Source of the DNA: Neoechinorhynchus agilis
Taxonomy: Eukaryota > Animalia > Acanthocephala
Direction of reading: 5' to 3'
Assembly: GCA_051530055.1 (NCBI GenBank)
Contig: CM121343.1
Location: 7,442,044 to 7,506,043, forward strand
DNA: 64,000 nt
Numbering within the stretch: position 1 is the stretch's first letter; each line of letters opens with the position of its first letter. The notes below the pieces were generated by a model. That model had not been told where the DNA came from. It was given only the letters and a program-made list of their open reading frames with translations, and made no database searches. Below are positions 35,972 through 49,157 of this stretch, piece after piece. A program made the position numbers and the translations under genes.

Positions 35972-38267
35972 TTACTCTTCACTTGGAGAATAATCTGCAA
36001 GGGTTTCCACGCAGCAAAAGAGTTCCTTGAGATCTCGTATGAGATAATGGGCTGGAATTGACGGAGTTGCTTGCTTCGTACATCGTTCAAGCATTGGTCG
36101 AAACTTATTCTTAATCTTTTCTAAAGTCATTCTGCGGTCACTTGCACTTAATATAGTTCTTAATGACTTATCCAGTACTCGTAGTTTTGAGCAGATATCC
36201 GCAACGACAGTCGCTGACGTTGTTTCATTGTATTGGGAAAATCCTTTCTCAAGTAAAGTCAGCTCAACAATTACAAGTATCTTATTCAATATTTCATCAA
36301 TGTGAACAAGGTAATCACTTTTCAGTTGATCATTAAGATTTTCGAGCAGTTTTATTGACGCACAGGAACATGTCGGGCAGCAGTTCAAATAGGAACAAAT
36401 GACGGGAGGAAACTCTTGTTGGTTTTTTCTATTCATGAAGTTTCCAATAACGAATTGAAGAGACCGTACAGCTAATGCAAGATTCCGCGCAGTGATTGTT
36501 CTTAATCCAGCCACATCAATTGCCCCAGCTCCGATCAACAACTGACATATGCGACTATTATAAAATTTGAAAAAGTCAATCAGTCTTGTTAGAACTTCGT
36601 ATTTAAAGCATGTAGGATCACACAATATTTTGTATCGATAAGTCATCAGTTCCCAATACTGACCGACAAGTATAGTAAAAAATACCGTTGAGGTAGATAC
36701 CGAATAAGATTCCTTGATATTAAGATGTTCAACGAATGAATTGGTTTCCTGATGTGAGTGTTCAATTAAGGTAAGTGCTTCTTCACTTCCTAGGTCGAAT
36801 TCCGTCAGCTGTTGAACAAAATATGGAATTGCAGTCATTGGCGTCCACTTGTCTTGTGTGAGAGAATCTTCAAGGCATTTGATTTGACGTGAATGAAATG
36901 CCGCTAAGAAAGCCATGGATCTCTCTTTAAGCCAAAGGCCAATGATATTAGTCGTCAGTTCGTCTCTCGGACTTATAGGGATCAAATCAAATAGCAACTT
37001 CATTTGGGATTGCGTAGGAAGTGTAATTCTAGAAAGTCGTTTGACCAAACTTGCTTGAATCAACTGATCACAAAGATTTATGGTACGATCAGTTTGTGAA
37101 CGATCGCATACTTCTTCGAAGATCAGTAAGTCCATCGCTTTCACAATCGACACTGAAAGACTAGATGCTTCTTTGCAAGCATCCTTCAAATCCTGCAATT
37201 CGTCTTCAGTCGATGAAGTAGAAAAGTCTGCTTTCTCTTCTTCGAGATTATGCAGTGTTCGACTATTCAATCTTTTTAATGAACTGCAATACTCTATCGA
37301 GAGCAATTCATTGTGAACTCATACTTTCCATCTCACAATGAACAACACTCAAATGTACGCATAAATCCATCACTAAATCAGAAGTGGTGTCACGGCCTTT
37401 ATTTTTCAGCAGTAAGCGTAGAAAAGAAGCAGTTCTTTCCAGATCAATCTTATGAGATAATCCGTTCAGTAAATCTACAACGCCTGATGCTGCAGCAGAT
37501 ACAATACTATCCTCGCATTGTGCTCTCAAATCATTTAATTTATTGATGAGCCATTGCTCAACTGTAAGTCCTGAAAAGGGTACGTCATGTGATTGTATTA
37601 TCCTGATAGCTCCAGCGTGATCACCTGCGATATTTATGGTTCTATGAATAACGTCTGGAAGATCTTGAATTTTTTTAATACTTGTAACATAGGCGACAAC
37701 GTGGCATAGCCTCTCCCGTGTCCTAACTTTTTTAAACAGTTTTGCAAACTGCTCAATAGAGCTCCTCATCCTATCCACGGATTGGTCATATTCGTTTGCG
37801 ATCGCTATTGCCCTGCCGATCAACTGTCTACTGTTGATAACAGCACGTTGGCTTGAATTTTGGAGTACAAACCCACTGATATCCGGCTTTGTAATGCGCC
37901 AATTCAGTACTTGCTCAGTTCTATCCAAAAGGTCGTAAACTCTGTCATTAATAGCTCCCGGACGTACTCTCCTGTCTAAATCATACAAACTAGGCATGAT
38001 TCCGGCACCAATTGCGTTAACCACTTCTTTATAGTAAACATCATCTATTCCATTATCTTCACCGCAGAATCGAGATCTTACGCGTTTTAAGTCTCTTTTT
38101 TGGTAAAGTTGCTTCATCTGCTCGAATTTAGGCAACGACAATCGTTTTGGCGCTTGGTGCTTGAAAAGTCTGCCCCATGTTCGAATAAATAACGACTTGT
38201 TTGACTCGTGCTCATGAGGATCGTTTAAAATAGATGCCAATGAGTAATATTCAGGACGAATGCTCAT
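35972..38267 (-). CDS. VPS54: GARP complex subunit Vps54; two exons (31-nt intron at 37294-37324)
   Basis: N-terminal SLASILNDP...IRTWG and C-terminal FYNSRICQLLIGAGA..GLRTITARNLALA match Vps54. The intron GTATGA...GATAG joins the two ORFs in frame. Confidence 0.9.
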
Positions 38268-38829
38268 GTACAACAGAGCAGAGACTCGGAATTCGTGACC
38301 GTTTTTTCTGAAATGAACGAACATCAATTCGAAATTGAACGATCATTGTGTCCCCCATGTCAACGACCCTTTAAAAGCAATGCTTACTCGCTTCTCATCG
38401 AGGCAAAGTTGCTCTTCGCTTATATCGGCAGACACTCACGTTTGGTGGCGCGTAACAGCAAATATGGAGTCAATCACTGAAGTTGATAGGATTTATATCG
38501 TATGTCGGCAAAAACATCCTGCAAATACGTTATAGGTTGAAAATGAAGGCGGGGTTTACTACATTGACCACACTAATGAAAACGGCTCAATGCCAAAATA
38601 TGTGCGATTATTAAACAAAATTGAAGCTACAATCAAAAGTCAACATTGGACGCAATTTGACTATTTTGATTTAAAGAAAAAGGATCAGCATCAAAACTAA
38701 GTTACAAGAACTACGGTTATAACCCAAGATAGACGAGAATTTTTACCTGCGGTTAAATTCATAAAATCTTCAGTTTAATCACTGCATCGATATATCCATC
38801 AACGACAAGCGTAGGTAAACCACTTTCTT

Positions 38830-39665
38830 GAATTAAATGATTTTAAAATCCGATATTTCCGAGGTACAATCTTAGCCGAGGAAAATACAAGTAATCTTTA
38901 TGGACGATTAAATGTTCAAACAAAAAACCCATACAGAAAGGCTTTTAGAAGATTGAACTGTTCATAAATAGGTTGTTTTATGGTGTAGAGAAATTTAAAT
39001 GATTTTAAAATCTTGTATTTCCGAGGTTCAATCTTAGCAGAGGAAAATACAAGTAATCTTTATGGACGATTAAATGTTCAAACAAAAAACCCATACAGAA
39101 AGGCTGTTTGAAGATTGAATTGTTCATAAATAGGTTGTTTTCTGGTGTAGAGAAATTAAAATGATTTTAAAATCCTATATTTGCGAGGCACAATCTTAGC
39201 AGAGGAAAATACAAGTAATCTTTATGGACGATTCAACGTTCAAACAAAAAACCCATACAGAAAGGCTGTTTGAAGATTGAATTGTTCATAAATAGGTTGT
39301 TTTCTGGTGTAAAGAAATTAAAATGATTTTAAAATCTTGTATTTCCGAGGTACAATCTTAGCAGAGGAAAATACAAGTAATCTTTATGGACGATTCAACG
39401 TTCAAACAAAAAACCCATACAGAAAGGCTGTTTGAAGATTGAATTGTTCATAAGTAGGTTCTTTTATTGCGTAGAGAAATTAAAATGATTTTAAAATCCG
39501 ATATTTCCGAGGTACAAACTTAGCAGAGGAAAATACAAGTAAACTCTATGGACGATTCAATGTTCAAACAAAAAACCCATACAGAAAGGCAGTTTGAAGA
39601 TTGAATTGTTCATAAATAGGTTGTTTTCTGGCGTTCAATTTCTACGCCAGAAAACAACCTATGCT
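38830..39665 (-). repeat. 162-bp tandem repeat (about 5 copies), inverted relative to 11255-12150
   Basis: ccgatatttccgaggtacaatc-like motif at about 38850 and 39012, continuing with period 162. Ends in the small palindrome gttttctggcg..cgccagaaaac. Confidence 0.93.
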
Positions 39666-40102
39666 TACAGTGAAAAATCAAATTAATTTATTAAAAGGGT
39701 CCATAAATACGATACGGATAAATTTGTATCAATTCTAATCCAAAAATGAAGTCCCGTAGGTTGAAGTGTTCAAAAGACCTGAAAAACGAAATTTCAATTT
39801 TTCCGGCCTTGGTAAGATATTTGTGAAAAAGTCCACCGGGGAATTGATGAAAGAAGTATTTACGTATACCAATGATATAAAAGTTCAGGTTCAAACGGTG
39901 ACTTCTAAAAGCAGAGTATTAACTTAGCTTAAGATTAACGTTTTTGAAAGGCGAGAACCATATAAAATACCAAATCTTCTATAGAGCTACGAGAATTTAT
40001 CAAGTTTGCTATTAATTAACTGAATAAACTTAAACGCGGTCGATGTAGCCATTAAGAATCCCAATTGTGAGTAGATTGGGCAACTTTCACATAAATGAAT
40101 GA

Positions 40103-41211
40103 TATGTGAGGTATCGGGATAACGGATTATATTTATTAATCTTCACCAAGTTGGGAACTTTTCTTAAAGACGTTTCGAGCCTCGTAGGGTTCATCATCAG
40201 TTTTTTTTATTAAAAGACGCTCTCGGCGAAATTCGAAACGTTTTTAATAAAAAAATATTTACCGAGTGAAGACCTAAGCAATAATCCTAATCATCTCCTT
40301 AAAGACATTTTAATAGAAAGTTTATGATAATCCGTAGATACCCAGATCATCTGAGTGATCTGCAATGAAAACGTTCGAGCTGAAATGACGATAACAATCT
40401 TTTTGTTATAACCAATCATTGAAAAATTTCGAAAAACTATGTGAGGTATCGGGATAACGGATTATATTTATTAATCTTCACCCGGTAGAGAACGTTTTCT
40501 TAAAGACGTTTCGAGCCTCGTAGGGTTCATCATCAGTTTTTTTTATTAAAAGACGCTCTCGGCGAAATTCGAAACGTTTTTAATAAAAAAATATTTACCG
40601 AGTGAAGACCTAAGCAATAATCCTAATCATCTCCTTAAAGACATTTTAATAGAAAGTTTATGATAATCCGTAGATACCCAGATCATCTGAGTGATCTGCA
40701 ATGAAAACGTTCGAGCTGAAATGACGATAACAATCTTTTTGTTATAACCAATCATTGAAAAATTTCGAAAAACTATGTGAGGTATCGGGATAACGGATTA
40801 TATTTATTAATCTTCACCCGGTAGAGAACGTTTTCTTAAAGACGTTTCGAGCCTCGTAGGGTTCATCATCAGTTTTTTTATTAAAAGACGCTCTGGCGAA
40901 ATTCGAAACGTTTTTAATAAAAAAATATTTACCGAGTGAAGACCTAAGCAATAATCCTAATCATCTCCTTAAAGACATTTTAATAGAAAGTTTATGATAA
41001 TCCGTAGATACCCAGATCATCTTAGTGATCTGCAATAAAAACGTTCGAGATGAAATTACGATAACAATCTTTTTGTTATAACCAATCATTGAAAAATTTC
41101 GAAAAACTATGTGAGGTATCGGGATAACGGATTATATTTATTAATCTTCACCCTGTTGGGAACTTTTCTTAAAGACGTTTCGAGCCTCGTAGGGTTCATC
41201 ATCAGTTTTTT
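40103..41211 (-). repeat. Second array of the 335-bp hammerhead repeat (4 ribozyme motifs)
   Basis: Same motif as 15187-15218, at 40169-40200, 40505-40536, 40841-40872 and 41174-41205. Units are nearly identical to the 15-kb array. Confidence 0.85.
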
Positions 41212-41799
41212 AGAACTCAAGTGGTAGAAACAAACTGTACTTGTCGGAGACCAACAAATTTAAAGAACGTTAATCACATTCTAGACAACCGGCATAAAGA
41301 AATGGCTTCTATATCGACTTTTGATAGTTTTACCACCCCGGATTTAAATCACGTAGCATAATTCCGGGTTTGTCATTCGGAATTATCGGACGAAGGACCC
41401 AAACGGGGACATGGGTCATCTTCTTTGTGCATTAACAAAACGTGTTATTATAAAAAAATATTTCCCCCGAAGATAATAATTGTAAACCATTAATGTTAAC
41501 AATTCGGAATTCTTATTGTTTGTTGACAATTCACTTTACGACCCAAACTCTGCGCCAACTTAGCGTGTTGAACATTGAACAAACCATAAACATTACGTCA
41601 TTTAAATATCTCAGTTGACTTAGGAATCTCTTGCACAAATCAAATTGTATCATAGAGAATTGCCATCGAGGTGAATTTGATTGGAGCGTATAAAAAAACT
41701 TCCAAAAATTCTTGACAAAACCAAAACACGCCGCTTGGCGAACCCGCGGATCCACTCCTATAGTCCAATTCTGACTTTTAGCTTAATTTGTAGATATAA

Positions 41800-41831
41800 T
41801 TGAAGAGGTAAGCAAAAACTTACGAAATATT
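41800..41831 (+). ncRNA. Isolated hammerhead-like motif (U3:G8 core)
   Basis: TTGAAGA-G-GTAAG-caaaaa-CTTAC-GAAA-TA-TT followed by AATAAA. Helix I is poor. Confidence 0.45.
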
Positions 41832-42346
41832 TCAGAATAAATCATCAACAATCCGGGGGGGGAAACAGCGCCAAACTCGAATAAACGTTTGTGTTCGATA
41901 GAAGTGGACCAACGGGATTTTAGATGACAAAATAATGGAAATGTGTTCGTGACTTCGAAAGTCAAGCATGAAATCGATTACGGACTGATCGAATGCACTG
42001 CCAACCCAAAACTTTAGTGTGAAAAATAAAAAGGAAAACACGGCCGTGAATGCATGACAATGAACTAATTAACGGATAATCCCAAAGTTCTGCGATCCAT
42101 AAATCGTAAGAATTTACAATGTTCTTTCGCGAATTTGGCATCTTACAGAACAATTCAAGTATTTGTAAATCGCAATATTCAATTTTCAGTCAAAAAAACC
42201 ATTGTTTGCATCCGATTAGTTGAGTTTATGTTCAATTGTTCATTTCAGATCGTGCCATATTTCAGTAATCCTTCATTGTTTATTTTTACTCGATCAAATC
42301 TTGTTTGAATTCAAGCGTGACGAAACGTTTCTTTTTTTTCGTGAAA

Positions 42347-42610
42347 TTGACGACATGAAAATTATGCCTTTTTAAAAAAATAATCAATTGGTCATCATGC
42401 CTTATATTTGATTTATTTAAAAAATATTTGGTGAACAGGTAACCTCGCCTCCTTATCAGTCATTGCTTGTGAGCTTTTAAATATGTGAGTTCGCCTCCAT
42501 GAGTGATGAGACGAGGTTACCTCTTCGCTAAATATTTTCTAAATAAATCAAATATATGTTATGATGTTGATTATTCTTTTTAAAAAAGTAAGGATTTTCT
42601 TTGTCGATGA
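42347..42610. repeat. About 260-bp palindromic element with degenerate divergent hammerhead-like arms
   Basis: Long inverted arms (tatttgatttattta..aatatttggtgaacaggtaacctcg / cgaggttacctcttcgctaaatatt..aaataaatcaaata). The centre tcattgcttgt..tttaaatatgtga is shared with about 19970 and partly with the 52.2-kb unit. Confidence 0.75.
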
Positions 42611-42998
42611 CACATGAAAATCGTCAAAAAGAATATGACGTATTCTTGGGCGATATTTAAGTAGTTGCTTCACCACGGAAGAGTCCATAATTTGATGGTT
42701 TTAGATTACGTCTTCCTCGTGTTAGGATTATGAGCGTTCTTAATTGCCTATTGAGCGATCCGCTTTTGGCGCTGGGTTTCTTCCATGAGTGATCGGTGAG
42801 TTATTTTAAGACTCTAAATAGAGATGGCAAACATATCTGCCTGATTAATCGCCGTCATCATCTGACAGATGGAAGCACTTGCGCTGTTCCTTCCCCCACG
42901 CCTTTCTCTCTTTATAATTAGGATATAAATATTTACAATGGTATTTTATGTCACTCACTCACGTACACACTCACGTTAGATCGTGTGCATTTTGGAAG

Positions 42999-45900
42999 AT
43001 GATTGTTTCTCCGGCACTTACCGTCAATGACCATGAATCAAACTCCGTTGTCAATGCCGACGTGATTACGTTCAATTTCGATTCCGATCACGACTTGCTC
43101 GTGAGTGCTAGTCAACGGCTCCAAGCAGCTCAGAGAAGAAACTCCGATCTCCGTACCAATAGTGGAAACGCTATTCCTAGGCATTGTAGTAGAATACTCG
43201 CTGTTATGAACGCTATGAGGAAACAGAGAGACTTTTGTGACGTCACCATCATTACCAACCAAATGCCCTCACGCGCCCACAAGGCAGTATTAGCCGCTGC
43301 TAGTCCCGTTTTTTTGGAAATGTTCCATATCAACAGCCAAAACTGCGGAGAAAACAACGAAGACGTCCCAATCTCAACTTCAAGGGAATCGGTATCCGTT
43401 TGTGCCAACTAATTGGCTTCTATCAGAGAACACAGCGAAATTAACACTTTTTCCGGGGTTTAATCGACAGATCAGTGAAAAAAAACCCAGTACACAGAGC
43501 TACTTTTGGGCCACTTTAACGGTTTTTGATATGTAAAAACAAATTCCTAACAGCAGAGTGCTACCTAAATTGTTTAAGAAATCAAAGATGTTCGTCGGTC
43601 TTCATAATCCTTCTGTTAGTTAAGGTGATCATTGATACGGAATTAAACAGAAAAAAATAGCTCCTCGTTTGCGAATATTTCTGAAGTGGAATCCAATGGG
43701 TTGGCTTATACGATGCCTAAGACGTTTGATTACGATACAATGGAAGCTCTGATAGAGTATGCTTATACAGGTAAATTGGAAATAAAGAAAGAGAAATTTG
43801 AAGACGTCTATTTTACGGCCGATCGACTTCAGATGCAGCCAATAATCGATGCATGTTCTAAATATTTGACCGAATCGATCAATTGTGGAAACTGTTTAGG
43901 TTAGTGACGGCCTGTTAATGTCTACATAGAACTTAAGGTTTTTGTAGCTGTTAGAAAAGTACTGCAACAGTGTAGCGACCGCGTCGAGTGGATCAACGAT
44001 TACATACGTAACAATTTCGAACAAATCACAACGAAACACCGCGAATTCGACCGATTACCTCGATTGACCGTTGTCTTGAAAGGTAACTCACTAGTCGCTA
44101 ACCTCTGTTATGAGAGACTTGTGCGAAACGTTCTTCGGTGGTTCTGTGGAATTGTTCAAAAAGACGATATAAGCTTAAAGAAGCTCCCGCAAATCAGATT
44201 CATCCTTTCTATCGACGGTGACAAATGCCGTACTCAAGATGATCTCAGTTCCGACCAATTTAAACGCGAAGTTTTTAGCCGAAAAGGATTTAGACTCGAA
44301 TGCCATGAGATTAGTTTAGATGATTTTATGAACTTGGAACACGATAAAACCCCTCCGAATAAGAATGGCAATGTCATTGTGTCCTTCGATCTAATCCACG
44401 TTGCCAGGATTATTGAATCAAATGTTATAGGTCTTTGCATCATTCGAATGGCAAATGGAGGCAAACTCAAATCAAGAAAGAACTTCTGGGATCCCGATTA
44501 TTCCGACAGAACAAAAGCTGAGATTATTTCTTTTCACTTAATACCAGAATATGCATCTTCAAGCGACAGCGAAAGCAACAATGCGGACGTCGACGTGAAT
44601 CCATGTCCCAATATGGCAAAACTGTCGGCTTCAACACCAATCACTCATAATGATCCTGTCCTTCCGCCTCTTCCGATCGTAAGAAGTGGCTTTGGATTGG
44701 TAACTATTGATGAAGGAAATACAGTCGTTGCTGTAATAGGTGGCTTCAATAGTGGATCGTGTTTTAGAAGTGTCGAGTACTGCGAGGTTGGTAGCGATGG
44801 TGAAAATGATTGCGATCTCAAATGGGTCGCATCTAAACCAGAATTGAAGTTTCGACGAGCTAGAGGGTATGCTTTTCACACAAAAAGGAAGGACAGTAGG
44901 GGTTTCCTTTATGCTTTATCGGGTGGTGATGGTACTAGGATATTAGCCAGCGTCGAAAAGGTAAGAACTCCCTTGAAACCCGTAGGACGGGGATCATGGA
45001 TGACCGACAATAGTATTACTATTGTCCATGAAAAGGCATCATTCCTTTACACTCCAGGAGGTTGTAAACTGTACTCGTTCGGTGGCCTGAAGAACAACTC
45101 CTCAACAGCTGCGGATCGATGTTTTGTCAATCGATTAAATCACACATTCTCTCCAGGCGCCATTCACTAATCAATACATTGCTACCTAGTGGACTCTTCT
45201 GGTCCTTATTCTTTGGTTCAAGGCGAAATTGAAAGAATTTCTTCTCTGGTAGACGAATTACGATTTTCCTTTCAAATGGGTTTGTCCCGCGATATAGGCA
45301 CTTCGATAAGTATCATGTTTTTCGGAATAAAAATTATATCAGACAATCGTGAATGGATTTTGAACTTCATTTTATTAGAAACCATTATGCTTTGAAAATA
45401 GACTCAATTTTTGCGCAGCAAATATCCATTACTTGACTTTAGAAATCACGAAAGTTTATTCTCATTCGGAAATTTCATCCTTTTTTCGACTAAAATGTTT
45501 GTAAACATTATGATAAGAGCATTTTGATTAAGTGTTCCTTTTTCACTATAATACAAAAAGAGTGTCTTTTTAAACTTGCGAATAATTCGGGCGTTTTTTT
45601 GCGTTAAGGTCTTCATTGTTGACGTGTCTTTTGGTTTTTAAATTAAAACAGTTTCAAAATGGAGGGAAATAGGTTTCGGAACATTTTCCTGCGTTACACG
45701 CAACCGCAAAACAATGCTGAAGAGATTTGGTGAATTAATTCCTGATCCGGATGACGAGAACAACGATGAGCGTTGGGAAGGATGGCTGCCGATTGCGTCC
45801 ATGGCGCAGAGTCGCTATGATGCGAGTGTTATAAGTGAGTCTGAGCATGATCCCGAGGGTCGAGTGTTCATATTTGGCGGCAATGATGGTTTTGTGTGCT

Positions 45901-46271
45901 CCAACTCATGTGAAGTATACGACCCGAAGACCGACTCTTGGGAAGTACTACCACCAATGCCGGAATGCAACCGATGTTGTGGTCTCGCAAAAATAGGCGA
46001 TGAGATATACGTAATCGGAGGGACGAATGGGATAGTCACATTATCCGACGTCCACATATTTAACACTAAGACGCTTACGTGGTCCCGAGGACCGAGCTTG
46101 AATGCTCGGCGGTCGAATTTCGGTATTGCTTGGATTCGTGGCCGTCTTCACGTGATTGGTGGATTTGACGGGAAGCAGTTTTTAAGAAGCGTGGAAGTAT
46201 TGGATACGGACTTGGACGGGTGGACTGTTGTTAGTGAGATCAGTAGGAGACAGCGAGTTCCTCCCGAGTAG
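42999..46271 (+). CDS. IVNS1ABP: BTB-BACK-kelch protein, NS1-binding protein-like; at least 4 exons
   Basis: BTB (MNAMRKQRDFCDV..AHKAVLAAASP; LIEYAYTG), FDRLPRL as in NS1-BP, and six kelch repeats with GG motifs. Clear 48-nt intron at 43900-43947. Junctions near 43392-43660 and 45126-45720 are not fully resolved. Confidence 0.8.
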
Positions 46272-46630
46272 ACAGCGAGATGACTTTAGTTGTGTGTGTG
46301 TGGTGGTCCGTCGTAGATGGTGGACCAAATACTTTAAATTCGCAGCATATGTACACCCTCGAATAATTTCAAGGAAGAACGACTAGGAAGCTTCAACCAA
46401 AAATTAGTTTCTTTTGGTAGTTATACACACCCGGATGTAAATTCATAGATTTATTTCCCCGATATTTCGTCGTCGATTAGATTTATCTACAATGACAAAC
46501 CTTGAGGAAATAAATCAGCGGTGAATTTTTTTAATCCGATATAACTACCAAAAGAATCTTCTCCCTGAAGATAATAATCCAAGACATCAAAAAATTAGTA
46601 TTCTTTCTCTATAATCTCGCTTATCTAAGA

Positions 46631-47110
46631 TCACTTCTCATCTGAAAAGGGTCCCTTGAGCACTTTTTGAACGAACACCTCGTAATTAAAAAGCCCATCG
46701 GCATCTTCTCTAGTATCAGTGCTTCTTAGGATCTCTTCTACGTGATCGATTGGGAGCTTTTCAGCCATACCTACCAATACTTGACTTAACTCTGCCAGGG
46801 ACATCATTCCATTACTTTCCTTGTCGAACAGTTTCAATCCCTCCATGAAATCCTCGTATGTTCCGAACACGTCATCGGGCATCTTATAGAACTCTGAATA
46901 AATTGGAAGGAACTCTTCAAAAGTGATGGACTTCTCGCCCAACTTCTTAGTCTGCTCGTGCTTCTCACACATCGCCTGACTTGGACTCAAGCCGAGCGCT
47001 CGCAACATGTCGCCGATGTAGAAAGCATCCACCTTCTTTGAATAAGTCTTGTCGAACACTTCAAAAACTTGCCTGGCGTCATCTACTTTGTCCGATGGTA
47101 AATCTGCCAT
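46631..47110 (-). CDS. Myosin essential light chain (EF-hand), intronless
   Basis: GDMLRALG..P, KSITFEEFLPIY, GTYEDFMEGLKLFDKE.NG, NYEVFVQKVLKGPF: the pattern of lophotrochozoan muscle ELCs. Confidence 0.92.
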   Translation of the reverse strand: MADLPSDKVDDARQVFEVFDKTYSKKVDAFYIGDMLRALGLSPSQAMCEKHEQTKKLGEKSITFEEFLPIYSEFYKMPDDVFGTYEDFMEGLKLFDKESNGMMSLAELSQVLVGMAEKLPIDHVEEILRSTDTREDADGLFNYEVFVQKVLKGPFSDEK

Positions 47111-47526
47111 TTCTCTGTGTGTGTGTGCTGATGCTGCTGGATGATGAGGAAGAGAAAGCTATGTGCCGATTTGTGCGGTAGCGCAAGACATGTAATATAC
47201 AAACTGTAAACCAATTTGCCACCACCCCTTCCTCTCTATTTCCCGTGTCTATTTTTGCTCATCCTTTGTTGCTGCGCTCTACACCACCACCGCCGCCGCC
47301 GCCGTCGCTGCATAATAAGCATCCAACAAAACACGCGCGCGTCGGCGAAAATACGCGACGATAATGGGACTCGTGACGTATCCAAACTATTCGTGGATTC
47401 TTCCAGCTCAAACGTGACGAAATTGAACAGTCTGTGCAGTGTCGCGCGCAACCCTTTTTTCATGAGTAAAAGAGCTAGTCAGGACATTGTGTGCCGAATG
47501 TTCAATGAAAAAGATACGGTTTTACT

Positions 47527-48508
47527 CTACAACCATCTCTCCTTCTTACACGCTTCTTTATCAGGCTTTGGGCTCCATTTGTAGACGGCGATTATTAGAC
47601 CCGTTTGGATACCAGTTTTCATCAGCGAAGGTAGGACTCCCTTGTAAAATCCGTTCAATCCTTCGTTTCTAAATATTCTTTTTCCACAATCTAGAACACC
47701 AGTGTAAACAACTTTGTTGTTAAAATCCCAGCTCTTAAATCCTTGAACTTGAAGTCTTTTCTTTATAACATCTAATGGATAAAATGTTAGTTTTGATGTC
47801 GCTCCAGATAGAAATCCAGCACCGAGGGTTTTTGCGGGGCTGTCTGTTCCCAATTTCTCTTCGAAAACCGTCAGTGATCCAAATGTAGTGGCTCCGGTTA
47901 AGGTCATTAGTATAATTGCAGGCGTGACCCCTCGCCACAATTTAAGGACTCCGTCGTTTTTTATGATGTCCGCGATTCCGTTGGCGATTCCGCTGTAGTG
48001 CTTATTGATTTTCTGAGACACCATTCTCGTTCTCATCATATCCAGGGGGTAAGAAACGAGTGTGGCTGTAAAATACGCGAAACTTCCACATATTAGATTC
48101 CTAATTGGTAGACTAAATAATTGGTTCTCGGCAAATGGTTTTCCTTAATCCAAGATTCCAATTCATTTTAACGAGCTTTTGATGGTCGTTATGTTTTGCT
48201 TCCACATGCGTGAGAAGAGTGTTCATTCCTTCGTAAGCTTCGAATTGGGTCACAACAAACGATGCAGTCAGCATTTGACTCGTTAAATGTCCTTTCCAAA
48301 AGGCTAAGATTCCTTCGTTTCTAAATACATTGATCACTGTCCTGTACACGCCTCCCAAGCGTATCCTTCTAGCTGGGTCGATTTGGAGTCTTATTTTAAC
48401 AACATCCATGGGCTGTAGCATGATTCTAGACACAAAACCTCCCGTGAAACTGGCGAGTGCAGCTTGAAGGGGACCTCGAGTTTCAGTGCCTAAAGGTCTC
48501 GTTGACAT
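47527..48508 (-). CDS. SLC25A19: Mitochondrial carrier, thiamine pyrophosphate carrier-like; two exons
   Basis: Three PX(D/E)XX(K/R) signatures (PMDVVKIR, PLDMMRTR, PLDVIKKRLQ), plus AFWKGH and KRLQVQGF typical of SLC25A19. The intron near 48101-48176 needs a non-standard site. Confidence 0.85.
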
Positions 48509-49157
48509 TATATTCTAAAAAGGACGTGCGACTCAGAGGCAAACGCTCAATGTAACCCCGCTCGCTCGCTTTCATGCACTATGGAATTTTCAAATCTTTT
48601 TTTTGCCCCGTTTGAGTTTTTTCCGGAGCCGCTCAATCATCAGAACGACTCCGATTCTTCTGCGCGACGTATTCAGCGCACCTCACGTAGTTTGAAGCCT
48701 CTCATGTAACCTTATTCATCATCGTCATCATCATCGTCATCATCGATTTCGTATCAGGATGCGAAGCTAACTTTAATCCAAGAAGATTGTAGCCCTTTTT
48801 AAGAGGGAAAAAGAACGCGGATCGGCCTTTGTCGGAATTAATGCTTATGAACGTTCGCGATGTCGTTCTTGGCAGTCGTCTCTCTCATGTATTCGTATCT
48901 TTCTTCATACGGACCGGAACCAGTGCGACATTGACAAATCATTTGCATCGTTCCAGAAAGGCACGTCTCTCGTTCAAAACAACAATTTTTTCTCTTACAG
49001 TTCGTCGTGTCTTTATTTGATCCAATGAAACGCGAACATCAATAATATCGATTTTACTATTTGGGTATGCGCACCCTCCAGTTCGCATACAATCAGAGTC
49101 TTACGACTTTCGGCTACATATCTTTTTGGAGCCTCTTGGCTAACTCACAAACATCGG

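Noticed and set aside
43392-43660. 5-nt micro-exon (ttag/TTAAG/gt) in the kelch gene
   Set aside because: It would fix the phase problem, but other exon combinations do too and the region is unconserved; it cannot be decided without RNA data.
48690-49060. Possible small minus-strand gene ending in a poly-Asp tract
   Set aside because: Frames are interrupted, no homology is recognised, and the GAT repeat may simply be a microsatellite.
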